The notes: a model not told the origin generated them from the sequence alone. Shown: positions 17,657 through 30,532, numbered from the stretch's first letter. The stretch: DNA of 64,000 nucleotides from an uncultured Saprospiraceae bacterium (GCA_964195515.1 CAXMQO010000101.1:45092-109091), one strand, 5' to 3'. Made by a program: numbers and translations.

Positions 17657-18736
17657 GTGCGTATCCGAGCCGAACGTGACGACCTCGCCGATGTCCTGAC
17701 AAGGGCAGGCCGAGCGGTTGGAAGTCGATCACCGCTCCCGATCCTTCAAGGACTCTTGTGTGAAGTCGAGGGAGGACGCCTCCAGGTAACGGGAACGGAC
17801 AACGAAGTGACGGTGAGAACGTACCTCGAGGTAGAAGGACTCGAGGATGGATCCACGGTGATCCCAGCCAAACTCGCTGCCGACGCCGTGCGCAAGCTGC
17901 CGATCGGAGCGGTCTCGATCACTGCTTCCGACGGGGAGGTCGAGATCACCGGAAATGGTCCGCGGTTCCGCCTTCGTGAGTTGAGCGTCGGGGACTACCC
18001 AACGATCAGCGACAAGTTGCCGGCCGAGACGATCGACGTCGTGGGGGAGACGCTCGTCAAGGCCCTCAGTCAAGTTGGAATCGCCTCATCGGGAGACGAG
18101 GCACGACCGACGCTCACCGGAGTGCTCTTCGAGGAGAACGACGGGGGACTCCGCCTGGTGGCAACCGACTCGTATCGGCTGGCCGTGCGAGACGTTCTCG
18201 GAATTGGTGCAACCGGATCGAAGCTGGTCCCGTACCGGGCGTTGAGAGAGATCGGACGGACGATCGGTGATGGGCCGATGAAGGTGGCGCTCGGAGATCG
18301 AGAGGCAGCGTTCATCACGGATCAAGGGAAGTTGACGGTCCGGATCATCGACGCCGCTTTTCCGAAGTACCGACAGCTTCTTCCCGACTCCTATCCGAAT
18401 CGACTCGAAGTCACAAAGAAGAGTCTCGTCGATGCGGTCGGACGAGCAGCGCTCGTCGCGGAGGATCACATACCGGTCCGTCTCAACCTGCACGAGGGGG
18501 GCGTCGAACTCAGTGTCATCCGGCAGGAGGTCGGCCAAGAGACCGAGCACATCGAGGGGAAGTACGAGGGTGAGGAGATGACGATCGCCTTCAACACGAG
18601 GTACCTCACCGACGGCGTTGCTGTCATCGATTCCGACACCGTGATCCTCGAGACGATCGATGCGCTGAAGCCGGGGCTTCTCCACGGAGTCGGTGATGAG
18701 GATTTCCGGTATCTCTTGATGCCGGTCCGCCTCTGA
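17657..18736 (+). CDS. dnaN: DNA polymerase III beta sliding clamp
   Basis: Three-domain beta clamp. Conserved position after dnaA. Confidence 0.9.
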   Translation: MRIRAERDDLADVLTRAGRAVGSRSPLPILQGLLCEVEGGRLQVTGTDNEVTVRTYLEVEGLEDGSTVIPAKLAADAVRKLPIGAVSITASDGEVEITGNGPRFRLRELSVGDYPTISDKLPAETIDVVGETLVKALSQVGIASSGDEARPTLTGVLFEENDGGLRLVATDSYRLAVRDVLGIGATGSKLVPYRALREIGRTIGDGPMKVALGDREAAFITDQGKLTVRIIDAAFPKYRQLLPDSYPNRLEVTKKSLVDAVGRAALVAEDHIPVRLNLHEGGVELSVIRQEVGQETEHIEGKYEGEEMTIAFNTRYLTDGVAVIDSDTVILETIDALKPGLLHGVGDEDFRYLLMPVRL

Positions 18737-18772
18737 CGGAACAGCGATCGAATCAACGACACCGGGAGGTGA

Positions 18773-19858
18773 GTGATGTATCTCTCCTGGCTGGAATTGA
18801 CGGACGTCCGCTGCTACGAGACGCTTAGATTTGAGCCCGACGAGGGCGTCAATATCCTCGTCGGCGCCAACGGAGCAGGAAAGACGAGCATCCTCGAGTC
18901 GGTCTCCTACCTCGGACTCTTGAAGTCGTTCCGGGGGACTCCAGACGTCGCGATGATCAGCACCGGTTCGGAGAGAGCCGTGATCCGAGGGGAGTTCACT
19001 ACACCTTCCGGGACCTCCAAGGTCGAGATTGAGATCTCCAATCCGGGCCGGCGCAGGGTGTTGGTCAACGGAAAGAGGCCCCAGCGCAACCGCGACGTCA
19101 TGGCGCAGGTTCCGATCGTGGCATTCCAGCCTGACGACCTTGATTTGGTCAAGCGCGGACCGGGGCTGAGAAGGGCGTATCTCGACGATCTCGCGGCACA
19201 ACTGTGGCCGCAGGCCGGTGCTGATCAACAGGACTATGAGAGGGCCGTACGCCAACGGAATGCGCTGCTCAAGCAGGAGGGGAGAAGGGCGGATCCAATC
19301 ACGCTGGATGTATGGGATGAGAGGGTCGCAGTCGCCGGATCTGCCGTCTTCGGCCATCGGGTCAGGGTGCTGGAATCGCTCGACGCGTCCCTCGGCGAGG
19401 CCTACCGGCTCGTCGGCGAACACGGGTCGTTGACATGGCACTACGAGACGAATTGGGGTGCCTCGGTAACCGAAGGGGGAGGACCTGAACGACTCAGGGA
19501 GGAGTTGTTTGAGCGCCGCCGCCGCGACATGGATCAGCGCGTGACGAGTGGCGGACCGCATCGGGACGATCCGGCCCTCGTCGTCGACGGGCGCCCCGCG
19601 CGTTCGATGGCAAGCCAGGGAGAACAACGAACCGTGGCACTGGCTCTCCGTGTCGCCGCGTACAGGGTGCTGAGCACGCATCGGACGACAACACCGGTCC
19701 TGCTCCTCGACGATGTCTTCTCCGAACTCGACCCCGCGCATGCTCGCGGTGTGATGTCTCTGCTCGGCGCAGGTCAGGTTCTTGTCACAACCGCGAGAGA
19801 TGATGAGGTTCCGGCAACCGGGCGACGGTGGAACGTCGATGGAAGGAATGTGACGTGA
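18773..19858 (+). CDS. recF: DNA replication and repair protein RecF
   Basis: GANGAGKTSILE Walker A, LLLDDVFSELD Walker B/signature. Confidence 0.9.
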   Translation: MMYLSWLELTDVRCYETLRFEPDEGVNILVGANGAGKTSILESVSYLGLLKSFRGTPDVAMISTGSERAVIRGEFTTPSGTSKVEIEISNPGRRRVLVNGKRPQRNRDVMAQVPIVAFQPDDLDLVKRGPGLRRAYLDDLAAQLWPQAGADQQDYERAVRQRNALLKQEGRRADPITLDVWDERVAVAGSAVFGHRVRVLESLDASLGEAYRLVGEHGSLTWHYETNWGASVTEGGGPERLREELFERRRRDMDQRVTSGGPHRDDPALVVDGRPARSMASQGEQRTVALALRVAAYRVLSTHRTTTPVLLLDDVFSELDPAHARGVMSLLGAGQVLVTTARDDEVPATGRRWNVDGRNVT

Positions 19859-20205
19859 ATAGAGCGAACTACTACAGCCCCACGCCGCGAAGGCCCGACC
19901 CGACGCCGATCGACGATCTGATTGGGAGGATTGTCGAACGGGCGGGGGCGAGTCCTGACCTCGGTGTTGCGAAGCTCGTGGCCTCGTGGGACGACGTCGT
20001 CTCCGAACGGTGGAGGGAGAGGTCCCGACCGATCGGCGTGCGAAAGCAGACGCTGCTCGTCGAGGTTCCGGAAGGCGCAGATGCGAGCCTTCTGCGGTAC
20101 GACGCCGCGGATCTCATGCGCCGGATCTCACAGCGTTTCGGACCAGATCTCGTGCGGGAAGTGAGGTTCCGCGTCGAGGGGGACACACGCGGCGGAAAGT
20201 CGTGA
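19855..20205 (+). CDS. DUF721 / DciA-like protein (Rv0004 homolog)
   Basis: Conserved position between recF and gyrB. GTG overlaps the recF stop (GTGA). Confidence 0.65.
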   Translation: MNRANYYSPTPRRPDPTPIDDLIGRIVERAGASPDLGVAKLVASWDDVVSERWRERSRPIGVRKQTLLVEVPEGADASLLRYDAADLMRRISQRFGPDLVREVRFRVEGDTRGGKS

Positions 20206-20266
20206 ATTGGCAAGGGTTTCCTTCGGATTCGACTATGATTACACCGGTGTCAGTAGCCCCCACTGA

Positions 20267-22222
<1,956 letters not shown>

Positions 22223-22230
22223 GACACTGC

Positions 22231-24684
22231 ATGACGAACGAAGAACAGACGGCAAGGGTCGTAGCCATTGACATCGAGCGGGAGATGCAGGAATCGTTCC
22301 TGGAGTACGCGATGTCGGTCATCGTGTCGCGTGCTCTCCCCGACGTGCGCGACGGCCTGAAGCCGGTACACCGTCGCATTCTCTACGCCATGCACGATGC
22401 AGGGATTCGTCCGGGGACGCCATTCAGGAAGTCGGCCCGGGTGGTGGGCGACGTCGTCGGCTGGTTCCATCCCCATTCACCCGAGGCCGTCTACGACTCC
22501 ATGGTTCGTCTCGGACAGGACTTCTCTCTGAGGAGTCCCCTGATCCAGCCCCAGGGCAACTTCGGCACCGTCGACGACCCACCGGCAGCGATGCGTTACA
22601 CCGAAGCGCGGATGGCGCCGATCGCAGCGCACCTCCTCGAGGGTATCGACGAGGACACCGTCGAGTGGGTCGACAACTACCCGGGGGAGCGCGAAGAACC
22701 GACGGTTCTGCCTGCCCGTTTCCCGAACCTGCTCGTCAACGGATCGACGGGAATCGCCGTCGGGATGGCGACGAACATTCCGCCGCACAACTTGACCGAG
22801 GTGATCAATGCGGTGCTCCACGGTCTCGATCATCCCGAGGCGACCGTTAGCGACATCTCCGAGTTCATCAAGGGCCCGGACTTCCCGACCGGCGCCTACA
22901 TCGTTGGCAGGAACGGCGTCAACCAAGCGCTCGCGACCGGCCGCGGCTCGGTGAAGATGCGCGCCGTCACCGACATCGTGGAGACGAATCGCGGACGCAT
23001 GGCGATCGTCGTCACCGAGATTCCTTATCAGGTATCGCGAGATCGGATCATGGCCAAGACGGCGGAACTCGTTCGCAAGAAGACCCTCACCGGCATCGCA
23101 GACCTGCGTGACGAATCGGACCGGGAAGGCACCCGGCTGGTCATCGAACTCCGCAAGGACGCCAATCCACAGGTCATCCTCAACCAACTCTTCAAGCACA
23201 CGCAGCTCGAGGAGAACTTCTCTGTCAACCAGATCGCCCTAGTCGACGGCGTTCCCCGAACGCTCAACGTGGCCGAGATGGTTCACTATTACATCGCCCA
23301 CCAGCTCGAGGTCATCGAACGCAGGAGTCGGTTCCGTCTCGCGAAGGCAGAGGCCCGAGCCCACATCGTAGAGGGCCTGCTCATCGCTCTCGACAACATC
23401 GACGAAGTCGTCGAGATCATCAAGTCGTCGGAGGACGTCACCGCAGCACGCACCGCCCTGATGGAACGGTTCGAGCTGAGCGAAGTCCAGGCAAACCACA
23501 TTCTCGACATGCCGCTCCGCCGGTTGACCGCACTCGAGACCGGCAAGCTTCGCGAAGAATACGAGCAGCTCCAGGAGCTCATTGGGGAACTCAAGGAACT
23601 CCTCGCCAGCGAGGAGAAGCGCCGGATCCTCGTCGGAGAAGAGCTCACGGTCATTCGGGACAAGTTCGGCGACGCCCGGAGAAGCCGCATCATCCCCGAT
23701 GCAGGGGAGATGTCGCTCGAGGATCTGATCGCCGACGAAGAACTCGTCGTCACCGTCTCAGCAGCCGGCTACATCAAGTCGGTGATCGCCACGACGTACC
23801 GGACCCAGGGACGTGGTGGAAGGGGCGTGCGCGGGGCCGCCGTTCGAGAGGACGACGTCATCGAGCATGTGATCCACACGTCGGCGCACGCGTATCTCTT
23901 GATCTTCACCAACCGAGGGAAGGTCTACCGGATCCGGGCTCATGAGATACCGCGCAAGGACCGCAACGCAAAGGGCGTTCTCGTTCAGTCGGTGCTGCCG
24001 ATGGATCCCGACGAGAACATCCAGGCGGTGATCGACACCCGAGACTACGGGGCCTACCGATATCTTGTGATGTTCACGAAGCTGGGTCAGGTGAAGAAAT
24101 CGAAGTTCAGCGCCTATGACTCCAGAAACCAGGTGCTCGTTGCCATCAAACTCCAGGACGGCGACGAAGTCGTTGGTGTTCGCCCGACGGACGGCGATAA
24201 CGACTTGCTGATGTTCACGAAGAAGGGACAGGGCATTCGGTTCACCGAACAGAGTATTCGTCCATTGGGGAGGGCATCTCAGGGCGTGCGCGGCATCAAG
24301 CTTCGCGAAGGGGATGAAGTGGTTGCCGGCACGACGGCCGAGGAAGGTGGCGACATTCTCCTGCTCACCAACGGCGGCTACGGGAAGAGAACGAAGATGG
24401 ATCTCTTCCGTCGCCAGGGCCGCGGAGGGATGGGCGTCAAAGCGATGAAGCTGACACGGGTGAGGGGCACGATGGTTGCGGCACTCGCCGTGAACAATGA
24501 CGACGAGGTGTTCATGATCTCGTCGGACGGCATCGTCATTCGGCAGGCGGTGAGCGAGATCAGCAGACAGAGAAGGGAATCAACCGGGGTGAGGGTTGTG
24601 AGCCTCGACGGAGAGGACGACTTCTCGGCGGTAGCCCTGGTCCCGAAGATCGAAGAAGAGTGGAGAGAGACAGCAAACAGCTGA
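22231..24684 (+). CDS. gyrA: DNA gyrase subunit A
   Basis: Active-site region AMRYTEARM, GyrA-box QGRGGRG, and C-terminal beta-pinwheel repeats. Confidence 0.95.
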   Translation: MTNEEQTARVVAIDIEREMQESFLEYAMSVIVSRALPDVRDGLKPVHRRILYAMHDAGIRPGTPFRKSARVVGDVVGWFHPHSPEAVYDSMVRLGQDFSLRSPLIQPQGNFGTVDDPPAAMRYTEARMAPIAAHLLEGIDEDTVEWVDNYPGEREEPTVLPARFPNLLVNGSTGIAVGMATNIPPHNLTEVINAVLHGLDHPEATVSDISEFIKGPDFPTGAYIVGRNGVNQALATGRGSVKMRAVTDIVETNRGRMAIVVTEIPYQVSRDRIMAKTAELVRKKTLTGIADLRDESDREGTRLVIELRKDANPQVILNQLFKHTQLEENFSVNQIALVDGVPRTLNVAEMVHYYIAHQLEVIERRSRFRLAKAEARAHIVEGLLIALDNIDEVVEIIKSSEDVTAARTALMERFELSEVQANHILDMPLRRLTALETGKLREEYEQLQELIGELKELLASEEKRRILVGEELTVIRDKFGDARRSRIIPDAGEMSLEDLIADEELVVTVSAAGYIKSVIATTYRTQGRGGRGVRGAAVREDDVIEHVIHTSAHAYLLIFTNRGKVYRIRAHEIPRKDRNAKGVLVQSVLPMDPDENIQAVIDTRDYGAYRYLVMFTKLGQVKKSKFSAYDSRNQVLVAIKLQDGDEVVGVRPTDGDNDLLMFTKKGQGIRFTEQSIRPLGRASQGVRGIKLREGDEVVAGTTAEEGGDILLLTNGGYGKRTKMDLFRRQGRGGMGVKAMKLTRVRGTMVAALAVNNDDEVFMISSDGIVIRQAVSEISRQRRESTGVRVVSLDGEDDFSAVALVPKIEEEWRETANS

Positions 24685-24781
24685 CAGCAAACAGCGAGAC
24701 CCGGTCGGGCTGTGGTCTGTCTGCTGTTGCCTCCTTTCCCAAACCACCGGCCTATTCAGACCCTGTTCCTACACTCGGACC

Positions 24782-25243
24782 ATGGCTGTTCGGCGTGTGA
24801 GGCGGGTCATCCGCAAGATCGATCCATGGACGGTGCTCAAGGTCTCGCTCCTACTCAATGCGATAGGGGCTCTCGTGTCCGTCCTCGGGGTGTGGGTGAT
24901 GTGGTCGCTCGCGGTCCAACGGGGGATCCCCGACAAGTTCGCCGACATCGTCGCCAACTTCTCGCTTGTATTCACGCCGAACGGCCAGCTCTACTTCCGA
25001 GCGGTGGTCTTCTTCGCCATCGTGACTTTCGTGACGCTCACCGGGCTGATGACCCTCGGTGCCGTCATGTACAACCTCATCTCGGATGTTGTCGGCGGGG
25101 TGGAGCTGATCGTTCTCGAAGAGACATACCTCGTCCCGGTTACGCGATCAGTGCCGGTGCGTCCCGCGGTCCACGCCCAGACGCACGGTGGGAACGGCGA
25201 CACGAAGACCGAGCCGGTTGCTGTCGTCGTCGACGAGGACTGA
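24782..25243 (+). CDS. DUF3566-like transmembrane protein (Rv0007-like, conserved after gyrA)
   Basis: Two TM helices; its position matches actinobacterial synteny. Confidence 0.55.
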   Translation: MAVRRVRRVIRKIDPWTVLKVSLLLNAIGALVSVLGVWVMWSLAVQRGIPDKFADIVANFSLVFTPNGQLYFRAVVFFAIVTFVTLTGLMTLGAVMYNLISDVVGGVELIVLEETYLVPVTRSVPVRPAVHAQTHGGNGDTKTEPVAVVVDED

Positions 25244-25246
25244 CGG

Positions 25247-27268
25247 CTACAACTCCGGCGTATCGAGCTCGAGTGACAGGCGGATCGAGGCAGACGGTCC
25301 CGACACAGAGACGTTCAGGGGGATCTCGAAGCGGGTCTGCTCGAACAAGCAGAGGCCTTCCGCGTCTGTCCGGCACCAGACCAGAGCGAGGTCGGCAGTG
25401 ACCATCCCGAGTCCCTCGTGAAGATAGAGGGGGATTGCCACGGGGAACGCCGTGCCGGTGAGGTCGACGCGTTCGCTTGCGGGAAACGAGGCAACACCAC
25501 CGTCGTCGACGAGAAGGAGCGACGAAGAGGCTTCTTCGTTGACTTTGTAGCCACTTGGAATGACAACGTCGAGGATGAGATCGGCGGTCCCCGCTCCCGC
25601 CGAGACCGTGGCCAGAGTCGCGACCGTTCCTCGGAAGTCCTCGGCTCCCTGGACCGCCGTGAAGGTGTCGAGTCCGGAGAGTACGACCGTCGACGAGATC
25701 CCTGTCGTGAGATCGATTCGGCGGATAGCGTGGTTGTTGGTGTCGGCAACCCAGAGCACGTTGCCGTCCACGGAGAGGCCACCGGGCTCGTAGAAGAGGG
25801 GGTCCGTACCATCTCGCCATCCGTGCTCTGTACCGAAGAGCGACACGACCTCTCCCGTTGGCGGATTCACCGATTTGATCTTCGAGTTGTACGTGTCTGC
25901 GACCAGGAGTCGATCCTCGTGCCAGGCGATGCCGAGGGGATGTTGGAACCTGGCCTCGGTGCCGGTTCCGTCCTCATCGCCGAACTCGAACAGGTTTGAC
26001 GCACCGCCGGCGACGAGGTCCGTTTCTCCCTCGGGAATGCCGACCGCGGCGCCTCTGATGGAACTCGATTCGGAGTCTGCGAAGTAGAGGACGCCGTTCG
26101 GGTCGAGGGCCAGTCCGGAAGGCTGTGCAAGGGCGGCCTCGAGGAGGGGGCCGTTCGTGGTGCCTTCTGCTGCGCTGCCGACCGACGGTGTAGCGGTTCG
26201 CTCTGTCATGTCGATGGTCCAGATCTGGTGTGTTCCTGCATTGGCGACGTAGAGATGGGCGCCTGAGAGCTCCAGCGCCCACGGCGAATTGAGGGTGACG
26301 TTGTCCAGAGCACCGCCGGTGGGGGGCCAACCCATGACTCCGGTACCCACAAGTGTCGTGACGGCGCCCGTCGCGAGATCGATCTGTCGGACGGCGTGGT
26401 TGTTCGTGTCCGCGACGTAGAGCGTGTCGCCGTCGACGACGAGGCCCTGTGGAGAGGAGAAGGACGCCTCGGTACCGATGCCGTTGTCGAACCCTTCCAG
26501 TCCGGACCCGAACACGGCCGTCACGGTGCCGTCGTCCGTGGCAGCGATGATTTGATGATGACCCGTGTCGGCGATGAAGATCCGCTCGGATGACGGATCA
26601 GCGTGGATCTTGCCCGGGTATGAGAGAACGGTATTCGGGGACCGGTCCTGCTCGAGGCGGACCGGGAGGGGTGTCGGGTCGAGTCCCCCCGTCGCCGAGA
26701 ACTCTGCGACGAGGTTCGCAATCACCGGTTGGACCACTTCGTATACGCCTTCGCCTGCGTGCACTCCGACGGCGTTCCCTGCCGGATCGATGAGAGCGAC
26801 GGTCGGCCACGCTCGTGCGCCCCACGAATCCCAAACTTCGAAGTTCACGTCGTTCACGACGGGGTGGCGGAGGTCGTATCGCTGGATGACCTCACGGATG
26901 TTGTCGGTTTCGCCCTCGTTGGCAAATTTGGCTGAGTGAACGCCGACGACGACGAGGTCGTTGGGAAACTCTGCTTCCAGGCGTTTGAGGTCCGGGATGA
27001 TGTGGATGCAATTGATGCATCCATACGTCCAGAAGTCGAGCAGTACGACCTTGCCGCGAAGCACCTCGAGGTCAAGCGGCTCTTCCACGTTCAGCCAGTC
27101 AAGGCCTCGCGGGAACTCCGGGGCGGGTGTAGTGCCGGCGGCCGACGCTCCGGCCGGGGAAGCCACCGTGCTCGGTGGGGTGTCAACCGTCGTGTCGCCG
27201 GTTGTGCACGCTGCTGCGACGAACGCAATGACAGCGACGATCAGGAGGAGCTTCCGCATGGGTGCCAT
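25247..27268 (-). CDS. Secreted thioredoxin-like domain fused to NHL-repeat beta-propeller
   Basis: Signal peptide; redoxin motif FWTYGCINCIHI; repeated YVADTNNHA(I/V)R(Q/R)IDL NHL blades. Confidence 0.7.
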   Translation of the reverse strand: MAPMRKLLLIVAVIAFVAAACTTGDTTVDTPPSTVASPAGASAAGTTPAPEFPRGLDWLNVEEPLDLEVLRGKVVLLDFWTYGCINCIHIIPDLKRLEAEFPNDLVVVGVHSAKFANEGETDNIREVIQRYDLRHPVVNDVNFEVWDSWGARAWPTVALIDPAGNAVGVHAGEGVYEVVQPVIANLVAEFSATGGLDPTPLPVRLEQDRSPNTVLSYPGKIHADPSSERIFIADTGHHQIIAATDDGTVTAVFGSGLEGFDNGIGTEASFSSPQGLVVDGDTLYVADTNNHAVRQIDLATGAVTTLVGTGVMGWPPTGGALDNVTLNSPWALELSGAHLYVANAGTHQIWTIDMTERTATPSVGSAAEGTTNGPLLEAALAQPSGLALDPNGVLYFADSESSSIRGAAVGIPEGETDLVAGGASNLFEFGDEDGTGTEARFQHPLGIAWHEDRLLVADTYNSKIKSVNPPTGEVVSLFGTEHGWRDGTDPLFYEPGGLSVDGNVLWVADTNNHAIRRIDLTTGISSTVVLSGLDTFTAVQGAEDFRGTVATLATVSAGAGTADLILDVVIPSGYKVNEEASSSLLLVDDGGVASFPASERVDLTGTAFPVAIPLYLHEGLGMVTADLALVWCRTDAEGLCLFEQTRFEIPLNVSVSGPSASIRLSLELDTPEL

Positions 27269-27303
27269 TCAACTGTAGGAGACGGCCTACGGGAGCGGTG
27301 AAT

Positions 27304-28032
27304 CTATGAAGATTCGGTGAACGAGGCGATGTCCAGACCGATCCGGAGTGCGGAAAGGAGGTAGTCGTCGGCCGTCTCGTATGGGCGCTGTGTTCCCGAG
27401 GAAAGGGGTTGTGACGCAGCCAGTATTGCGCCGGAGGCCAGGGCGATGGCTTCAAGGTGGGTGGCGAGGTCAGAGATGCCGAGCGTGCGGGTCGCCTCGT
27501 TGGCGGTGGATCGTACGATGACACCGGCCCACTCGTCCGGGACCGGCACCGCGACGTCGAGGCGCCGATTCGTCATGCGGCGTCTGGTTCCCCATCGGGC
27601 GCCGACCGGCTCCGGGAATGTCATCGGCTCGCCGTGGCGTAGTGGCTTGCCTGGTTCGGTCCAGGCAAAGAGAATCTGTGCGTCCGGGCCAGCGATGTCG
27701 GCTTCGCTGGTGGCGAGGCTCTGGCCGATTCCAGTTACGAAATTGGCACCGAGGAGCACCGGAAGATCCGCGGTGTCGGTCTGTCGATCGAAGGAGTCGG
27801 CCCAGAGAATGCACTGAACACCTGCTGTGACGGCTTCGTCGAGGATCGTTGAGTCCGGGTCGTCGGTGACGACCGCGTCGAACCCTGTGAGGCTGTCGAT
27901 TCGACGAATCCTCGGATCCCGATCCTTGACGTCGCGGCGGACAACGCCGAGCAGTTCGAGGCCCTCTTCTCCCATCATGAGACGACCGGCCCGAACCCCG
28001 ATCTCAGAGGTGTGATCGAGAGCGATCCTCAT
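27304..28032 (-). CDS. Hypothetical protein
   Basis: Coding-like ORF. Weak Rossmann-like N-terminus MRIALDHTSEIG. No family recognised. Confidence 0.35.
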   Translation of the reverse strand: MRIALDHTSEIGVRAGRLMMGEEGLELLGVVRRDVKDRDPRIRRIDSLTGFDAVVTDDPDSTILDEAVTAGVQCILWADSFDRQTDTADLPVLLGANFVTGIGQSLATSEADIAGPDAQILFAWTEPGKPLRHGEPMTFPEPVGARWGTRRRMTNRRLDVAVPVPDEWAGVIVRSTANEATRTLGISDLATHLEAIALASGAILAASQPLSSGTQRPYETADDYLLSALRIGLDIASFTESS

Positions 28033-28249
28033 GACGAAGGTTGATCGACCGGCTGCCACGAACCTTGCCGAGCCGGGGGACGGCTTGGTCGGCGGGTAAC
28101 GACAAGTGTGACGGCGACCGCAGCAGCCGCGGCGAGAAGCAGAGCGTTGAGAACAGGTTTCATTGGCCTAGAGGGTAGTGGGCGCCTGGGGAGGAGTAGA
28201 CCAGTAGAGCAGTAGAGCAGTTGAGCAGTAGACCAGATCTGATCTACTT

Positions 28250-28440
28250 GCCCTACGGACAGCCGCCCAAAGGCTATCCTCCTGCATCCGGGGTCGTTCC
28301 CGGCGCCGTGTGTGAAGCGAAGTCCGGTGTGAATCCGGCGCTGTCCCGCAACTGTGAAGCCCTTCGGGGACGAGTCAGGTCGCCTTCCCGCCGGTGTGCG
28401 ACCGCACCTTCGGAGGACGGGTCCCGTCGCTTCCATGAAG
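28250..28440 (+). promoter_or_regulatory. Cobalamin (AdoCbl) riboswitch-like leader
   Basis: GGTGTGAATCCGGCGCTGTCCCGCAACTGTGA fits the B12-box core (GGTG.AA.CC....C.G.CCCGC.ACTGT.A). Followed by GAGTCAGG. Sits directly upstream of a btuF-like gene. Confidence 0.65.
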
Positions 28441-28466
28441 GCTCCTCCCGAGAGAGGAGCCGAATC

Positions 28467-29483
28467 TTGTCCCGCAGAACCCTGTTGACGTTCACAGCGA
28501 TTGCGCTCGTTGCTGCCGCATGTGGATCGTCGTCCGACACCGCCGAGGCGCCGTCGACGACGCTCGGCACCACAACCACAGTGGCGTCGACCTCGACGAT
28601 TGCCGCATCGTCAACAACCAGTTCATCCACCACGAGTTCATCGCCGACCGTGCCCGAATCGTCGGAGTTCCCCGTCACGATCAACGCCCCGAATGGTCCG
28701 GTGACCATCGAGACGCAACCCGAGAACATCGTCTCTCTATCGCCGACGTCGACTGAGGTCCTCTTTGCCGTGGGGGCCGGAACACAGGTTGTTGCCGTCG
28801 ACAACCAGTCGAACTACCCGACCGACGCCCCGATCGCCGACCTGACCGGATTCGAACCAAACCTCGAGGCGATTGCAGGCTACGGCGCCGATCTCGTCGT
28901 GGTCATGTACGACCCGGGTGATGTGATCGACGGTCTCGAGGCGATCGGAATTCCCGTGATCATGCACGCAGCAGCCATCTCCCTCGACGAGACGTATACG
29001 CAGATCGAGCAGATCGGCGCAGCCACGGGCCATATCGAGGAAGCGGAGCGTCTCGTCGCGTCGATGAAGACCGAAATCGCCCTCGCAACAACATCGACCG
29101 ACGGTGGGGGAGCCACCTACTACCACGAGTTGAGCCCCGATCTGTACTCGGCGACTTCGGCAACGTTCGCCGGCGCGCTCTACACGATGCTGGGTCTTGT
29201 CAACATCGCAGATGCTGCCGACCCGGACGGCTACGGCTATCCGCAACTGTCGGCAGAGCACGTCCTCGCCGAGGATCCAGCCCTCATCTTCCTGGCCGAC
29301 ACCAAGTGCTGCGGGCAGAATGCAGGAACAGTTGCCCAACGACCCGGATGGGATTCCCTTACGGCCATCCAGGACGGTGCCGTCGCTGAACTGGATGACG
29401 ACATCGCCTCGCGGTGGGGACCGCGCGTTGTCGACTTCGTTACGGCGATCGCTGAAGCGGTTGCCAGGCTGCAGAACGCATGA
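28467..29483 (+). CDS. ABC transporter periplasmic binding lipoprotein, BtuF/FecB (cluster A-2) family
   Basis: TTG start after AGAGAGGAG RBS. Lipobox LVAAAC. PBP fold typical of B12/siderophore binders. Confidence 0.75.
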   Translation: MSRRTLLTFTAIALVAAACGSSSDTAEAPSTTLGTTTTVASTSTIAASSTTSSSTTSSSPTVPESSEFPVTINAPNGPVTIETQPENIVSLSPTSTEVLFAVGAGTQVVAVDNQSNYPTDAPIADLTGFEPNLEAIAGYGADLVVVMYDPGDVIDGLEAIGIPVIMHAAAISLDETYTQIEQIGAATGHIEEAERLVASMKTEIALATTSTDGGGATYYHELSPDLYSATSATFAGALYTMLGLVNIADAADPDGYGYPQLSAEHVLAEDPALIFLADTKCCGQNAGTVAQRPGWDSLTAIQDGAVAELDDDIASRWGPRVVDFVTAIAEAVARLQNA

Positions 29484-30532
29484 CGGGGGAGGACATCCGC
29501 CCGAGTCGCCTCCACTGGTGGTGGCTCGTTGGCGCCTTTGTGGTCTTGGCCGCCGCGGGTCTTCTCTCGATCCTTCTTGGGGCCGTCGACCTCGATGCGC
29601 GATCAGTGCTGCTCTCGGTCGCGGATCGGCTGCCGTTCGTTGACGTCGAGTCCGGACTCAACGGGCGAGAGGAAGCGATCCTGTGGGAGTTGAGGATGCC
29701 CCGCGTCGCACTCGGAGGCATCGTCGGCGCGATGCTTGCCGTTGCCGGTGGTTCGTATCAGGGGTCGTTCCGAAATCCGTTGGCCGATCCGTATCTACTC
29801 GGTGCCGCCGCGGGAGCCGGTCTCGGAGCGACGGTCGCAATCGCATACGGGACAGCGTTGCCGGCAACTCCCGTCGACGCGCTTCCGCTGCTCGCCTTCA
29901 TCGGTGGTGTTGGCGGTGTCGCTGCGACCTACGCCATCGGGTACTCGGTGAAGGCGGGGCGCACCCCGGTAACCCTCATATTGGCCGGTGTCGCGGTGGC
30001 GGCGTTCCTGACGGCAATCCAAACATATCTCCAACAACGTAACGCTGAGACGCTGCGCGAGGTGTACGGATGGATCCTCGGGCGTCTCTCGACGGTGGGT
30101 TGGGGAGAAGTCTGGCTGGTTCTCCCGTATGTCGCCGTATCGACGATCGTGATCCTTCTTGGAGCACGGAGACTCGACGTGCTCAGCGTGGGCGACGACG
30201 AGGCGGTGACCCTGGGCGTCGATCCGACGCGGGTGCGTCTCGTCATGGTGCTCGCGGCCACCCTCGGTACCGCAGCCGTGGTCGCCGTCTCCGGTCTGAT
30301 CGGTTTCGTCGGAATCATCGTGCCCCACGCGGTCCGGATCGTTTTCGGCTCGAGCTACCGGGTCGTGCTTCCCCTCTCGATCGTGTTTGGTGCAGCGTTC
30401 CTGATCCTCGCCGACCTCTTGGCCCGTACGATCGCCGCGCCGGCGGAGATCCCGATCGGCGTCGTGACAGCGTTCTTCGGCGCACCGTTCTTCGCCATCG
30501 TGCTCCGCTCCTCGAAAGGACTCGGATCGTGA
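29480..30532 (+). CDS. ABC transporter permease, FecCD/BtuC family
   Basis: About 9 TM helices, FecCD-type motifs. Overlaps neighbouring genes by 4 nt. Confidence 0.85.
   Translation: MTGEDIRPSRLHWWWLVGAFVVLAAAGLLSILLGAVDLDARSVLLSVADRLPFVDVESGLNGREEAILWELRMPRVALGGIVGAMLAVAGGSYQGSFRNPLADPYLLGAAAGAGLGATVAIAYGTALPATPVDALPLLAFIGGVGGVAATYAIGYSVKAGRTPVTLILAGVAVAAFLTAIQTYLQQRNAETLREVYGWILGRLSTVGWGEVWLVLPYVAVSTIVILLGARRLDVLSVGDDEAVTLGVDPTRVRLVMVLAATLGTAAVVAVSGLIGFVGIIVPHAVRIVFGSSYRVVLPLSIVFGAAFLILADLLARTIAAPAEIPIGVVTAFFGAPFFAIVLRSSKGLGS

Noticed and set aside
27304-28059. Possible NAD-binding oxidoreductase assignment for the 251-aa minus-strand protein
   Set aside because: The N-terminal MRIALDHTSEIG only loosely resembles a Rossmann GxGxxG, and no downstream catalytic motifs were recognised. 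It is kept as hypothetical.
28195-28248. Tandem octamer and heptamer arrays as a possible CRISPR array
   Set aside because: The units are 7-8 nt with no unique spacers and no cas genes. They are simple-sequence repeats, not CRISPR.
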